DNA of 64,000 bases from Felis catus (GCF_018350175.1 NC_058368.1:139254001-139318000), one strand, 5' to 3'. Shown: positions 12,839-27,200, counted from the first letter of the stretch. Numbers and translations are program-made. The notes: generated from the letters alone by a model not told the origin.

Positions 12839-14345
12839 ATAGAACACTCTCTGCTCCTTTCTCCCCTTAATCATTTATGCCATTGGCCATTAAACATCCC
12901 GGTCAGAAACTGTGCCAGCTAGTGACCCTGCCGTTTAAACTTTTCTCGCACAAGAAACATCACAGCATATCATGTCTGGCGTACGATTTTACTGCTGCCC
13001 TTTTTCGTAATAGCCTTTTGGAAAGATGAGGTTAACACAAATCCTGTTTCATATCAATAAGACATATCTTTATAGATCAGAGCTCTTCCCGGAGACCACC
13101 AGAGGCCCCTACATATCCTTTTGGTCTGAGGTATGAGAAATATCAATCAACAACAATGTGACTAATAGCTGTCACGTGTCCATTTGCTGCCCGTGCTCCT
13201 GGAAAACAAGGCATGCCCTCTCACCACTAGGAAACTCCCCTGGGTTTCCTGAGTTAGCTATTATCAACAGAGCTCTTTCAGGGCTACAGGAATCGAGGTG
13301 AAAGAAGTCAATGACTCCCAATCAGGCTCTGAAGGAAATTGTACAGCCAACGTTAAGTTCCTCTGAAGCTAACCCAGTCTGTGGGTGTGGAAGGTTAATG
13401 GCCCTGGGCTGGGGTACCATTAAAGAGTAGAGCAAAGAGCCTCTTAACTCTGTTTTCAGCTGAACACTTTGGACACTGCCTTGTTGATGAAAGGCATCCA
13501 CTGTCTAAATGCCAGCCAGCAGGATAATGATTTAATTAACCCTCTTATTGGTGGGAAGCTGGTGGGAACCCAGAGCAGTGATTTCCCGGCAGAAACTTTC
13601 ACCACAAAACAAATTCAATTGATTTCTGCCCACTCCTCCCATTGTCTATGGAAATCTGCAAGAGCAAACCAGTTCTAGCGGATTAAGCCAAAGATCCCTC
13701 GAGCAGGGCTTTGATTTGCCAACCCTTCGGGGGTCCGGAAGGTGCCAGGTGCCAATAAATTCTATGTGGCTACAGCGCGAGGTGTCAGGCTATTCTAGAT
13801 TCTTGTACCCCACTGTGCTCCAGTCTGCTTCCTCCGTGCACACTAGACGGAGGCTCTCATTCACTGATTAAAGGCTTCATTTTCCATAATGTGTGTCTAA
13901 GCAATGACCGCATTATTGCTATATCTCTCATTAGTCATTCCTGCTTCAAGCACTGGCAATCATCCTAGTGATTTGCTAATGCTTGTCATTTGCTAATGCT
14001 TGTCGTAATTTCAGAATTTAGCATCCAATTAGTCAGTCAATTACCAGGAGAAAAAAAATTTTGGTGTTTGCATTTTACTGACAGGGCTAAAATCGGTGTT
14101 CCTTTCAACATATTCTCGGGGCCCCTCTGATGTGCTGACATACTTAGAGAAAGCTAGCTAACCTAACATGAATGTGTGCAGTTAGGATCCTCAACCTACA
14201 TCTCGCCAGTTTCCCAGATTATTCACTCCTTGGGATTATTTACATTTCTATTGTTTTGTCGGTAGGAAGATGGCAAGATGGACTTTAATGAAAACTGAAT
14301 TCTGGGGTAAGCACTTAGCCAGATATCTTCTTTTTTTTTAAGTTT

Positions 14346-14578
14346 ATTTTATTTATTTATTTATTTATTTATTTTTTAACGTTTATTTATTTTTGAGACA
14401 GAGAGAGACAGAACATGAACGGGGGAGGGTCAGAGAGAGGGAGACACAGAATCTGAAACAGGCTCCAGGCTCTGAGCTGTCAGCACAGAGCCCGACGCGG
14501 GCTCGAACTCACTGACCACGAGATCATGACCTGAACCGAAGTTGGCCGCCCAACTGACTGAGCCACCCAGGCGCCCCT
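14346..14578 (-). mobile_element. Young Can-SINE inserted in the tail of an older SINE
   Basis: Near-consensus body; short aagttt repeat on both sides. Confidence 0.92.
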
Positions 14579-14579
14579 G

Positions 14580-14748
14580 AAGTTTTTTTATTTTTGAAAG
14601 AGGGGAGAGAGACGGAGCGAGCAGAGAGAGCAGAAGACAGAGAATCCCAAGCAGGCTCCAGGCTATCAGTGGAGAGCCCAATCTGGGGCTTACACTCACA
14701 AACCCTGAGATCATCACCTGAGCTGATATCAAGACTCAGGGCGTCCCT
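14580..14748 (-). mobile_element. Older Can-SINE (5' part deleted)
   Basis: gagaatcccaagcaggctcc...cctgagctgatatcaagactc. Confidence 0.85.
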
Positions 14749-14805
14749 TTGCTTTTTTTTTTTTTTTTTAAGTGCTACATGTCTTTTTTTAATCTACAGA
14801 ATAAC

Positions 14806-15190
14806 TGTGTCCTGTTGAGTCTTCTGACAAGCAGATGCCGGTTTATTGGGGAGTAACACCTGTGAACTATAAAAAGCATGAACCGAAACAGAGAGGCTCA
14901 GGCCACAGTACACAGCTGATACATTCCAGGTCAACCCAGCAGGGGGTGGCGATGGGTGGTGTGGGCTCAGGAGAGTTCCATACTGGACAGAAAGGGCCAC
15001 GGTCTAGTACTCCCCTGTGCTCCGTCATTGGCTGGGCTCCAGGCAGGAAGAGGCTGGCCTCATCTCAAATGGTGTGGCAAGTTCCAAAGGCACTGGAACT
15101 GGACGGTGCCAGCTTTCTATGCTCCTCACAGCTGCAGGACAAGTCCTTTCTGGACAGGAGATCTGAGCGGCACACCTCCAAAGTGCCAGG
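14806..15190 (-). mobile_element. ERVL LTR, LTR16-like
   Basis: aagcagatgcc, ctagtactcccctgtgctccgtcattggctggg and ggagatctgagcggcacacctcca match recalled LTR16 motifs. Confidence 0.6.
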
Positions 15191-15215
15191 ACCACTCTGA
15201 GGGAGGCACTGCTAT

Positions 15216-15717
15216 TGCAGGTGGGGGAGGAACAATGTTGCCTCTACCCTCTTACAGCTTTTTGTCTGGGCCGGAAAATTAAACTCGCATCAGTGAGACT
15301 AACAGGAGAAAAGCGTACACATTTACGTAAGTTTCATGTGACTTGGGAGCCCTCGTAAGGAAATGAAGACCCAAAGAAATAGCAAAGCCTACTTGTCTTT
15401 GTATCAGGCTGCTCCAGGAGGGGCAATTAGAGAGAAGCATCTACATGGGGAGGCTGATGGAAGGGAAGAATTATTTTCACGAGGTCTGTTTGTGGACAGT
15501 TCTCTCCATCCCAGCTTCCCATCCTTGACGACACGAATGCTACTTTCCTTCTGGTACAGGGAGGGCATCGTTCACACAGGAATTATGATCTCTGGTTTAT
15601 AGGAGGAAAAGGAGTGATCGGAATGCCTTGCTTGCAACTGCTGGTTTTTGGGGTGCATTTGGCTCAAAATGATCCTTGTGCTACATATTTTGGAGTGGTA
15701 CGTTTTGCCGCCCTTCA
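15216..15717 (-). mobile_element. ERV1 LTR, MER34-like
   Basis: Minus strand begins tgaagg...ccactccaaaatatg...caaggatcattttgagc and ends cttttctcctgttagtct...agagggtagagg. Confidence 0.65.
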
Positions 15718-15918
15718 TGTGACCATTTCATGGGAAACTCGTGTATAGAGACCTTAACGTCATACAGCAGGACTCCTAATAGAGGAGACAGAACAGCTGA
15801 GAATCATTCCGGGCACATGAGAGGTATTTGGGGAAAAGAAGTGCCTAATCACATCAGTTCAAGTACATAACATGTGTTTTATTAACCAGGGCAGTGGAGT
15901 TATAGAAGTTCCAATGCT

Positions 15919-16126
15919 GGGCACCTGGGTGGCTCAAACGGTTAAGTGTCTGAACCTTCATTTTGGCTAAGGTTATGATATGGTTCATGAGATCGAGCCC
16001 CACGTTGGACTCAGTGCTGGGCATGAAGCCTCCTTAAGATTCTCTCCCCTCTCTCCCCCTCTACTCCCCCCTCAAAAGAAGAAGAAGAAGAAGAAGAAGA
16101 AGAAGAAGCAGCAGCAGCAGCAGCAG
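15919..16126 (+). mobile_element. Can-SINE with (AAG)11(CAG)6 tail
   Basis: TSD ag(a/c)ag(t/c)tccaatgctg at 15904-15919 and 16122-16137. Confidence 0.9.
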
Positions 16127-16224
16127 CTCCAATGCTGTATTATTAGAGGGAGATCTTTATTCTAAAAGCAGTTTTTTTGCTGGCCTTTAGGGTACTTGAA
16201 ATGTTACCACTCACTCTCTTTAAA

Positions 16225-16438
16225 TTTTTTTTTAACATTTATTTATTTTTGAGACAGACAGAGACAGAGCATGAACGGGGGAGGGTCAGAGACAGAGAGG
16301 GAGACACAGAATCGGAAGCAGGCTCCAGGCTCTGAGCCATCAGCCCAGAGCCCGACGCGGGGCTTGAACTCACGGATGGCGAGATCGTGACCTGAGCTGA
16401 AGTCGGAGGCTTAACCGACTGAGCCACCCAGGCGCCCC
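16225..16438 (-). mobile_element. Young Can-SINE
   Basis: Perfect TSD accactcactctctttaaa at 16206-16224 and 16439-16457. Confidence 0.95.
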
Positions 16439-16604
16439 ACCACTCACTCTCTTTAAAGCATAGTCCATTATGTTGCCAAAACCTGAGTGGGGCGACACAT
16501 TAAGGTTTTCTTGGTTGCTATTAGCTTAGTTTTCAAAATATTTTCTGTACGATGCTTTTTTTTTTTCTTTTTGACACTTGTGCTTCTCTGTGGTGCAAAA
16601 TTTA

Positions 16605-17395
16605 TTTATTTATTAATTCAACAGATATTATTGAGTGCCCTGTGGCAGTGTTCAAGATACTTGGGACAGTAGAGACTAAAATAAAAATTCTTTTTTTAAA
16701 AAGGTTATTTATTTATTTTGACAGAGAGAGAGAGAGAGTGCATAAGCAGGAGAGAGGAGAGAGAGGAAAAGAGAGAATCCCAAGCAGGCTCCACACCATC
16801 AACACAGAACCTGATGAGGGGCTCAATCTCACCGATCATGACATTATGACCCGAGCTGAACTCAAGAGTTGGACTCTTAACTGACTGAGCCACCTAGGTG
16901 CTCCCTAAAATAAAAATTCTTGCTTTCTTAGGTCTTATATTTCAGTGTGGAAGACAGATAAAGAATGTAAAAAATAAGTAAATTAGGGTGAATTGTGCCA
17001 AAGTGGGGGGGGGGGGAAGGAAGTAAAGGGGGATATTAAATATTGAATAGCAGGGTCTGGGAGGTGGATTGTGTGAAATTTAAGTAGGATGGCTAAGAAG
17101 TTCTCACTGAGATGGTGACTTTTGAGCAGAGACCTGAAGGAAGCAAGAAGTGAGCCATATAATGATTTGGAGGAGAACAGGCAGAGGGAACGGCAAGAGC
17201 AAAGGCCCTGAGGTAAGAGCATGAATTGTATATTCGAGGAACAGAAAGGTGGCCGGCGTAGCTGGAGTAGAGAGGAAGAGGTGGAGAGGAAGTGGGGCGG
17301 GGGGTGCGTGTAGAGCAGCAGAGGAATTCAGATAAGTCACAGTCATGGCAAGTCACATTAAATATGGTCTTACAGGTCATGGTCAGGACTTTGGC
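16605..17395 (-). mobile_element. L2 (L2a-like) 3' fragment, interrupted by a SINE
   Basis: attcaacagatattattgagtgcc and ggtgacttttgagcagagacctgaagga...caggcagagggaacggcaagagcaaaggccctgagg. Confidence 0.75.
16693..16904 (-). mobile_element. Can-SINE
   Basis: TSD ctaaaataaaaattctt at 16676-16692 and 16905-16921. Confidence 0.93.
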
Positions 17396-19379
17396 CAGCA
17401 CATGTGCCCAAAATAATCAGGAGAGCAATTACAGCGCCTGCCAAATTCTGAAGGCTTCCTTTCTGTCTGTTTCCTAAATCCTCCAAATCACTCCGTATCT
17501 TGAACTTTCTACATTTTGAGTCTTTCTGCAAGGGCACCAGAGCCCTTCTCTTCTCCCTTAAGACATCACATCAGGAATGATTTCTCCTGTATTATCAGTT
17601 TTTTTCCTTCTCTACGGAACAATTTTCATTAACATACAAACAGGCTATCCTATCTCCCATATTTTAGAAGCTGTGCCTTAAAAAAACCCAGGTTTGACGG
17701 TCCAATCACAGTGTAGTTATGAGGAGGACGACATAGCATCAGTAATTTGTACATGGGGAGTACAGCCATATAGGAGCCGGGCCTGGTATATTCCTGCAGA
17801 CTTTTATAGCTGCCAACATCACACTCAAAGCTCCTAGGTGCGTGGTTGATTCAGATCCCAAGATCTGCTTCACATAAACTGAGTATTGAGAGAGTGGACA
17901 TAGGACAGGTAGACATAGAGGAAAGAGGTTAGTAGCACTGATAGCTTGAGAATGAGAGGAGAGAAAAATACAGGGATGAGGCATAGGAAACAGCATGATG
18001 GTGTTCGAGCCTAGCCACACTGGGGAGCAGTGCTAAAGACAGAGAGGGTCTAAGAAAGGGCAGAACGCTGCCTATTTTAAAATTCTACTTGGGGAATCTT
18101 CACTCATGTCATGCTTCCATCCCTAAATGTAGTTTAAAATGAGTTCAATAAATTGAATTTAGTTTGTTATTTAGTTTAATATTTCCATTGATAACTTCCG
18201 ATGTCGGCAAAGATGGGGCCGATGATGATTTTGGTTGGCCAGCTCTCTGCAGGCTCAGTGAACTGCCTTGGCAAGTAGGACTTTGAGTATACAGAGCCTC
18301 AAAGGGGTGAAAGGGCAAGAAGAATGTGCTCGGCATGAAAAGGGAGTGACTAACGGAAGACTTGGCACACTGGATCTGCAAGGTGACCGCCCTGTGTCAC
18401 CTGCTCCTTCCTTTCCTTGCTCCATATGCTTGCTCCCCTCGGAGGTCTCCGAGGCAGGGTCAGAAATGCTGTAAAGTGGGCATGTTTGCAGGTCGGCAAT
18501 GTACCTTAATATGATAGTTCTCCAGGGGTTATAGCTCGCGCCTTTATTTTGACAAAGGCCCCGAGACAATAGAACTTCCTCAAACCATAAAGAAATATAC
18601 ACATAGTAACCAGCTGTTCTCTAAAACTTGAAATGAGTAACAGTTAAGGGGAGTACAAAGTCCACCTAAGTCGTACCCAATTAAAAAAAAATTACTGCTA
18701 ACGTCAAACTAATAATCAGCAAAGTAGACTAGACCTGACGAAGAAAAAACACAAACACGTTTAATATTTTTCAGGCTTGACAGCATTGTTGAATTATGAA
18801 TCTCTAGGGAAAACAGAAATGATCTCTTACCTAAATATAAGACTTATGAGCAATAGTTTGCTACCATTTACCAGACAGCTGAAGAACTGATTCTCAGGGA
18901 TTAACACCAGCAAACTGATAAAAAATATATTTCCATAAATATTCTAAGAAAATAAAAGGAAAAAAGAGTAGAAGAAAAGGATAGTAAAGGAAACAAATAC
19001 AAAACAATGATGTCGTTTGAAAGCTGTTAATAGGATTCTGTTGGCAAACTTCTTTTTGAGTGGCTTAAAAGAAAAATAAAAAAAATTAATAAGACCCTGA
19101 GAAGCGTCTACCAGCATCTAAAAGCTCTAGCAGCTAATCTCTTAATTAAACATAGCAATGATCATTTTAAATACTTGCACTATTTTTATACAAATAATAT
19201 GTAGGTATTAGAGAATACAGACTTAAAAAATTACTTATAATTTCACCATCCAGAGAACGGTGAAATTCACCTAACAGAGAATCCATTAGGATTTGGATGC
19301 ATATCTTTTCAGAGTGCTTCAAGGAAGAGGAGGAGAAATAGAATGAAATTGGAAGTATCAAGATGCAGTTTGTTATTTG

Positions 19380-19382
<3 letters not shown>

Positions 19383-19429
<47 letters not shown>

Positions 19430-19460
19430 ATGTGTGTGTGTGTATGTGTGTGTGTGCGTG
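19383..19460. repeat. (TG)n microsatellite
   Basis: Visible TG run with few interruptions. Confidence 0.95.
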
Positions 19461-20522
19461 CTGAGTTGCCATGAATAATGCACTTCCTACTCTGAGTTGT
19501 GGGAAAAAGTGTATAAATGTCAAGGTAGTAGAATTAAATCTTACAGAACAAAGATTAAGTGGAGAGGGGATCCCACCTCCGGATAATAATACTCACCAGT
19601 CTAAAGGGGAATAAGAAAGGGGAAAAGCATCGCATCCCATCAAAACCTAGCACATGATCTGACACTATGCTTAGACTGCCTGGCTAATGGAGATGCATTG
19701 ACCTGCTGGATACATCATTAACACTTTAGAGGCTCATCACATGTCCTCCTCATAAAAGAGCTGTACTCCTTTAAAATGCTTCTGATGCTTCCCCGCATGG
19801 CCCAGTAGTAGTTGAAAGAATATACTTCTTCTGGCTGGTTTGTCTATGCCTTGCAGCCTTGACTACAAACTTCCCAGGTTTAAGGGGTTGGTTGGATGAA
19901 CTACCGCATTGGGCCAAACTTGGAGCCAGTGGTTCTTGGTTAAATTAAATCATAGCAAGATCTACGATGCTGTGGAGGAAGAAGACTGCCAGTGGTTTGG
20001 AAGAAAACCCAGTGTGCTATTGAAATGCACAGGGCAGTGGTACAATGTGCTGTCTGGTTGGGCTGTAGAATCACTACCATCAAACACAAAAACAGGCATG
20101 CTAGAGGGGAGAGGGCAGGGTGAGTATGAGCCAGTCATTGAGTGAAAGCCAGCCATGTGTCAGCCACCGAATCCCGGGAGGATCACATGTTGCAAGCACT
20201 GAAAGCCTAGGCCCATGTGAGAAGAACAAGATGGCAGAGTTCTCACACACACACACAACTGTGAAATCCATCACTGTCCTGTAGGGGAGTTCAAGTTTGG
20301 TCTTTATTTTAAGTTATTCATTGAAAAAAAAAATGGCAGAGATCTGTTGGTTGAAGTACTCCTTTCTGCCCATGGATGCCGCTGAGGAAGCATCGTTAAA
20401 GTTTCCCCTCCCACCGCCGTCATGTCTAAGTCAGAGTCTCCCAAAGAGCCTGAACACATGCAGAAGCTTTTCATCGGAGTTTGAGCTTTGAAACGATGGA
20501 TGGAGTCTGAGAGCCATTCTGA

Positions 20523-21483
<961 letters not shown>

Positions 21484-21723
21484 TAATGGTTCCAGCAGTA
21501 ACAATAGCTATGGGAGTGGCAGAAGGTTTTAATTACGGCCAGGAAACAAAGCTTAGCAGGAGAGGAGGGCAAGAGAAGCGACAAGGACGCTACAGGTTAC
21601 AACAGATTTGTGAACTCAGCCAAGCACGGTGGTGGCAGGGCCTAGCTGCCACAAAGAAGACATGTTTTAGACAATACTCATGTGCATGGGCATAAATCTC
21701 GAGGACTGTATTTGTGACTAATT

Positions 21724-21924
21724 ATGCTTCTTTTTTTTTTTTAATGTTTATTTTTGAGAGAGAGAGAGAGCAGGGGAGGTACAGGGACAGAGGGGGACAG
21801 ATGATCTGAAGAGGACTCTATGCAGACAGCAGAGAGCCCGATGCGGGGCTCAAACTCATAGAACCGTGAGATCATGACCTGAGCTGAAGTTGGACGCTTA
21901 ACTGACTGAGCCACCCAGGCTCTC
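21724..21924 (-). mobile_element. Can-SINE in the pseudogene 3'UTR
   Basis: TSD ctgtatttgtgactaatt at 21706-21723 and 21925-21942. Confidence 0.94.
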
Positions 21925-22000
21925 CTGTATTTGTGACTAATTGTAACAGGTTATTTTAGTTTCTGTTCTGTGGAAAGTGTAAAGCATTCCAACAAAGGTT

Positions 22001-22060
22001 TTTTAAATTAAAAAAATTGTTTATGTTAGAGAGAGCGTGAGTCGGGGAGAGGGATAGAGG

Positions 22061-22109
<49 letters not shown>

Positions 22110-22232
22110 CTCAAGCAGCCTCCAGGCTCAGTGTGGAGCCCAATGTGGGGCTTGATCCTACAACACTGGGATCATGACCTAGTCTGAAATCAAGAGTCAG
22201 ACGCTCAATCGACTGAGCCACCCATGTGTCCC
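22001..22232 (-). mobile_element. Older Can-SINE in the pseudogene 3'UTR, expanded (GA)n
   Basis: Degenerate TSD tccaacaaaggttttttaa / tccaaggaagggttttaa. Confidence 0.92.
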
Positions 22233-24169
22233 TCCAAGGAAGGGTTTTAATGTTTTTTTTTTTTTTTTGCACCCATGCTGTTGATTGTTAAATAGTCTAA
22301 TCATTACACTGAATAAATTGTGTCTTTTTAAAAATGTGCTGCGTAAAGTTAGTCTATTCTGAAGTCATCTTGGTAAACTACCCCAGTAAAGTTAGAATTC
22401 CTTCAGGGTGATGCCAGGGTCCATTCAAGATTTATTTGCAAACTTTTTGGGCACAGAAGCCATTGTCCCCACAAACCTTGGTGTAGTTGAACTGACAGTT
22501 AATGTGTCATGACTTGGAGTTCACCGTTTAAAGGGTCACCCAGGCAAAGTCCTGGAGTTTATTTGGTTATTAATATAATCATTGGCACATCCTATGCAAT
22601 ATCTCTAAATTACAACATCAGATAGAAGTATAGATAAGATTAAAGCTTGTGTGTCATCCATTATCACGTGTAATCCATAAACGATTTAATGTTCTCTTGA
22701 AAAAAAGAAATGGCAAATACAAAGCCCCTTTTGGTTAATGGTTTCCACAAGGGAGGTTAGGACAGCTGCCTGTCACTCCCCACCCTGGGTGGGGACACGG
22801 GTCTCGGTTCTCCAATTCCGGGAGTAATCTGGAATGGCAGAAGCAGCTAGCTCTTTCTTTCCCTTGGATCAAAGGCGGTGAAGAGAATCTGAGTATAGAG
22901 AGGCCAGGAATCCTGTGAGGGAATCATTGTAGATGGTTCCTACACATTTTTACAGAATGGCGTTCCTTCCATTCCTCTCCCTGGCTCGCTCATGTGTTTA
23001 TCCATTCTGACCTTCCACAAAAGCACTGTCGGAAAAGGGCCAGACATTTGCTGCTGATTGTTTTCTAATTCTGGTTGGATCCCTAGTTGGCACTCAACGG
23101 GTTAGGGAATTTGAAAGATCAGGGAAATTCCCAAACTGGACAGAGTCTAGATGCTTACAAGACCCCCTAGGTCTTAGAGTGACAATGACATATATTCAGT
23201 AAATACTGATTGAATCTCTGTGTTGTTGCAAGGCTTTGCGTGTAGGGGATATAAACCTTTTCTGTTTTAGTGATGATTTTAGTCATATCATAATCAAACC
23301 CCTACATCTTCTAAGACAGTATCTCTTTTCTTCTGTTTCTTGGTGACATGGTCTATTCTTGGCTTCCTGTGTGCCCCTTATCCAAAGCTGGGCTGAGGAG
23401 CTTTAGGGACATCTAAGTAGCCACCCCACTGCGGCATCTCTCACTTATCACATGGATGTAAGAACACAGAACTGGACACCCTGGGGGTCCCCGCCCCTGT
23501 CAAGGTGAATGCTGGGCCCTAGGAGATGGGCGGTGACAGATAAAAAGCACACACAGCATCTTGCCCGCAAGGGCTTCTGAGTGTCCTGAAAACACTTGGG
23601 TCTCATGATGCCCTTATTCTGTAAAAGGATCATTGCTGTGGTCAAATGACTTGGCCCGTTATCACTCGGCAACTCAGCAGCTACACCAGAAATAGAACGC
23701 TGCCCAGTGCTCCGGATTGCCCAGCAGATGCTTAAAACACGGTCAACTCCCAGGGCAGGAGAATGAAGTCATCCATGGAGTCCTTGCCCCCAGGGTAATA
23801 CAAAAGCTCACCGGGCCCCTGAGGTCACAGTAGTTCTTGCAGCTTGGGCTGTGGCACCATTCCCCGCCGCCCCCCCGCCCCCAACCCCACCTCAACTCAA
23901 AAAGTAACCCAAGAAAGTTGCTCGTAAGCAGCTAGCAGAGCAGTTGTGTGCATTTGCTCTGTCAGAGAGCAGAGTCGGTTCTGAGAGGGTGATCTAAACC
24001 GCAGCAGTGGGGGTGGGTGCTGGGCTCCCCAAAGCAAGCACTCGAGCTGCAGGGAGAAAACTGGAGATGCCCGCCTCGCAGTCTCGCCTACTCACTGAAT
24101 GAGGAGGGAGCAGGGCCGCTGGCCTCACAGGGCACTTGGCCAGTTGCTGGCTGCAGCAGAGGCACAAAG

Positions 24170-24412
24170 CTGCAGAAGAGGGTGGGAGTCAGACTACCTG
24201 AGTTCAAATCCCAGGTCCGGTGCTTGCTACCATCTACACTATAGGTGGGACACTGGGCAATTTATGTCAGCACTTTCTGCCTCAGGTCCATCTGTGAAAT
24301 GTGGGTCATAAGAACACCAACCTCATACGGTCCATTGTTAGGATTAACTGAGCTAATATGAGTAAAGTAGTTAGTACCTGCATGTAATAGGCACCATGTA
24401 ACTGTTTGCTGT
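24170..24412 (+). mobile_element. MIR
   Basis: gagtcagactacctgagttcaaatccc...catctgtgaaatg...aggattaactgagctaat. Confidence 0.75.
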
Positions 24413-24465
24413 CATATATTTACCAAAGGGCTATTAGGTGCCCATTAAAGATGATGGTTATAAAT

Positions 24466-24659
24466 AATGATGTGCAGGTAAATGTCTAGCAACTTGCTCT
24501 TTGAGGAAACAAAGCTCCGATTCGTAATGTTTGCTGATGTTCATGGCTTACGTAATCTCATAATGACTGACTTCAAGAACACAGAGCTAAGAAGAAGCGT
24601 TCTTAAGGCTTAAGAAGAGCTGTGAGCTCACATGTCTCAAGAGTTGCCACACCACTGGT
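24466..24659 (-). mobile_element. MER63A-like hAT MITE
   Basis: ggtaaatgt...tgtttgctgatgttcatgg...cacaccactgg terminus resembles recalled MER63. Confidence 0.5.
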
Positions 24660-24807
24660 TATGAAGCCCGAGTAATGACATGAAAGATGCTATGATATTT
24701 TATGGAAAGATAAGAATAAAATTTGAAATGGACAATGATTACCAACTCTGTAAAAATCAAGTGTGTGCAGAGAAGAAAATGCAAGGAAATACATTAAATA
24801 CTGGCGG

Positions 24808-25020
24808 GGGGGGCGCCTGGGTGGCTCAGTCGGTTGGGCATCCGACTTCGGCTCAGGTCATGAGCTCGCGGTCCGTGGGTTCGAGCCCTGCGTGGGGCTC
24901 TGTGCTGACAGCACAGAGCCTGGAGCCTGTTTCAGATTCTGTGTCTCCCTCTCTCTCTGACCTTCCCCCATTCGTGCTCTGTCTCAAAAATGAATAAACA
25001 TTAAAAAAAAAAATTAAAAA
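24808..25020 (+). mobile_element. Can-SINE
   Basis: TSD aaatactggc(g/a)ggg. Confidence 0.94.
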
Positions 25021-25314
25021 AAAATACTGGCAGGGATTGTTTTTAGAGTAGTGGGAAATAGTTAATTCTTTTATATATATACACATACATATATATATAT
25101 ATATAACAAAAATATATATATAAACAAAATATATATATTTTGTTTGTTTTTCTTAAAGTGTTTATGGTAAAAACAGTAAAAAAGCAAGCAGAATTAGCTA
25201 GCACACACATTTTTTTATCATGGGAAATTTCAAACATATAGAACAACAGTACAATTTACTCTAGGTTCTCGTTAACCAACAGTGATCAGTAACTTGTCAA
25301 TTGTGTCTTATTTT

Positions 25315-25528
25315 TTTTTTTTTAACGTTTATTTATTTTTGAGACAGAGAGAGGCAGAGCATGAACGGGGGAGGGTCAGAGAGAGAGAGAGACACAGAAT
25401 CGGAAGCAGGCTCCAGGCTCTGGGCCATCATCAGCCCAGAGCCCGACGCGGGGCTCGAACTCACGGACCGTGAGATCGTGACCTGAGCTGAAGTTGGACG
25501 CTTAACTGACTGAGCCACCCAGGCGCCC
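25315..25528 (-). mobile_element. Young Can-SINE
   Basis: TSD caattgtgtcttatttt. Confidence 0.94.
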
Positions 25529-26100
25529 CAATTGTGTCTTATTTTAATTGAATAAAATTTCTTTCGTTTATCCCAGAGATTATGTGACATATCTAATATA
25601 TAATACAGGGCATTAAAAATATATGTGAACACCACACCATTATCGCATCTAGCAAAATGACTAATTCCTCAGTATCATCCCCAAATGGGAAAGATGTCTT
25701 TTATTAGTGTGTTTCCTTGAATCGTGGCTCAAGCATGACATTGGGTTGTTATTCTTTTAGCTCTCTTTCATTCATACCAGTTATCTTTTCTTTTCATCTC
25801 TTTCATGTCACGAGTTTATCGAAGATGCTGATAATTCCTGTAGAATGTCCTGCATTCTAGATCTGGCTGAAGGCTTCCTTATGGTTACTTGTATGTCTAA
25901 TTCCTGTATATCCCAAAAACTGTTGGTTACATTTAGAGAGTGATTCAGACAGGAATCTGTCCTGGGTCGTGCAATGGACTTCTGAATTTATCATGTTAGC
26001 GCACATGTAATGTCTGCTTGTGCCACTGTTGGTGAGGCTAAGATTGATCTGTGGATTTACAAGGGTAACACCTTGTAAAAACTAAATTAAATCAGAGAAT

Positions 26101-26310
26101 TGGGGTGCCTGGGTGGCTCTGTCGGTTGAACGTCCGACTTCAGCTCAGGTCATGATCTCACTGTTCATGGGTTCGAGCCCTGGGTCGGACTCTGTGCTGA
26201 CAGCTCAGAGCCTGGAGCCTGCTTCAGATTCTGTGGCTCCCTCTCTCTCTTCCCCTCTCCTGCTTGTCTCTGTCTCTGTCTCTGTGAAAAATAAATCAGC
26301 ATTTTTTTTT
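26101..26310 (+). mobile_element. Can-SINE
   Basis: Consensus body; TSD aaat(ca/ag)gagaat. Confidence 0.92.
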
Positions 26311-26689
26311 AAATAGGAGAATATAATCACAAGAATTCATTTACAGGATAAGGATAAGTAAGTACAAGGTCTCGATCACTCACGAGAAGGTGCCCTGTTA
26401 TTTTCATGTCAAAATTTGCTGACAGAAGAGAGATACAGGCCCTTGACCCTGAGTTTCTCAGAAAGTTGGGAGGATATGACAATTTTAATATAGGCTTGGT
26501 GAATTCTTTGCAAATACACTAATTCATTCTCTGGTTTGAGGCCATCACGGAAACGCCAGGCACAGAATAAACCGATTAAAGCAAAACATTAGACAGGGTC
26601 CATCCTAAACCCCTTCAGCCCCACTGAGAGCTTCCCTTCCCTCTTCTTGCGACTACAAGAGCCTACACTTGCCTTCCGACGTGGACTCC

Positions 26690-27200
26690 CTCTTCTAATC
26701 AGCCCTCTTTCTGGTACTATCAGAGTGCTAAGGTGCACATCAGACCAGTTCAGTGTCCTGGTTAGACTTTTCCAGTAGCTTTCTGTGGCCTGCTAGAAAA
26801 ACTGGAAACTCTGATTTGTCACTTAGGGACCCTCACCATCTGGCTTGGCCCACCCTGCCCACCTTCCCTCCCAAACCTCTTTTTCTTCCTTCATCCAACT
26901 CACCTAACATAGTCATCCCCATGTCGTTCTCCAGATATTATGCTCCTTCACAACCCTGGGTCTTGGCTGTGATTAACCCCCTGCCTAAAATACCTTTCCT
27001 TTTGTTTGCCTGGCAATTTTCCACCCATCCTTGAGACTCCTGTGCCAAGCCAATTTGACCTCCTTGGTCTGGTCTGAATATCTTCTCTGTTTCCTCGGAG
27101 GTCCTCACGAGTACCTCAGCTTATCATCATTCTGTACCCATGGACTCTCCTGGGCCTGGCACACCGCAGGTGCTTAGCAAACATTTGTCGAATGAATTAA
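26690..27200 (+). mobile_element. L2 3' fragment
   Basis: Ends cctggcacaccgcaggtgcttagcaaacatttgtcgaatgaat. Confidence 0.6.

Noticed and set aside
15980..16165. Poly-Lys/poly-Gln ORF resembling a triplet-repeat protein
   Set aside because: The repeat is a SINE tail with no exon context
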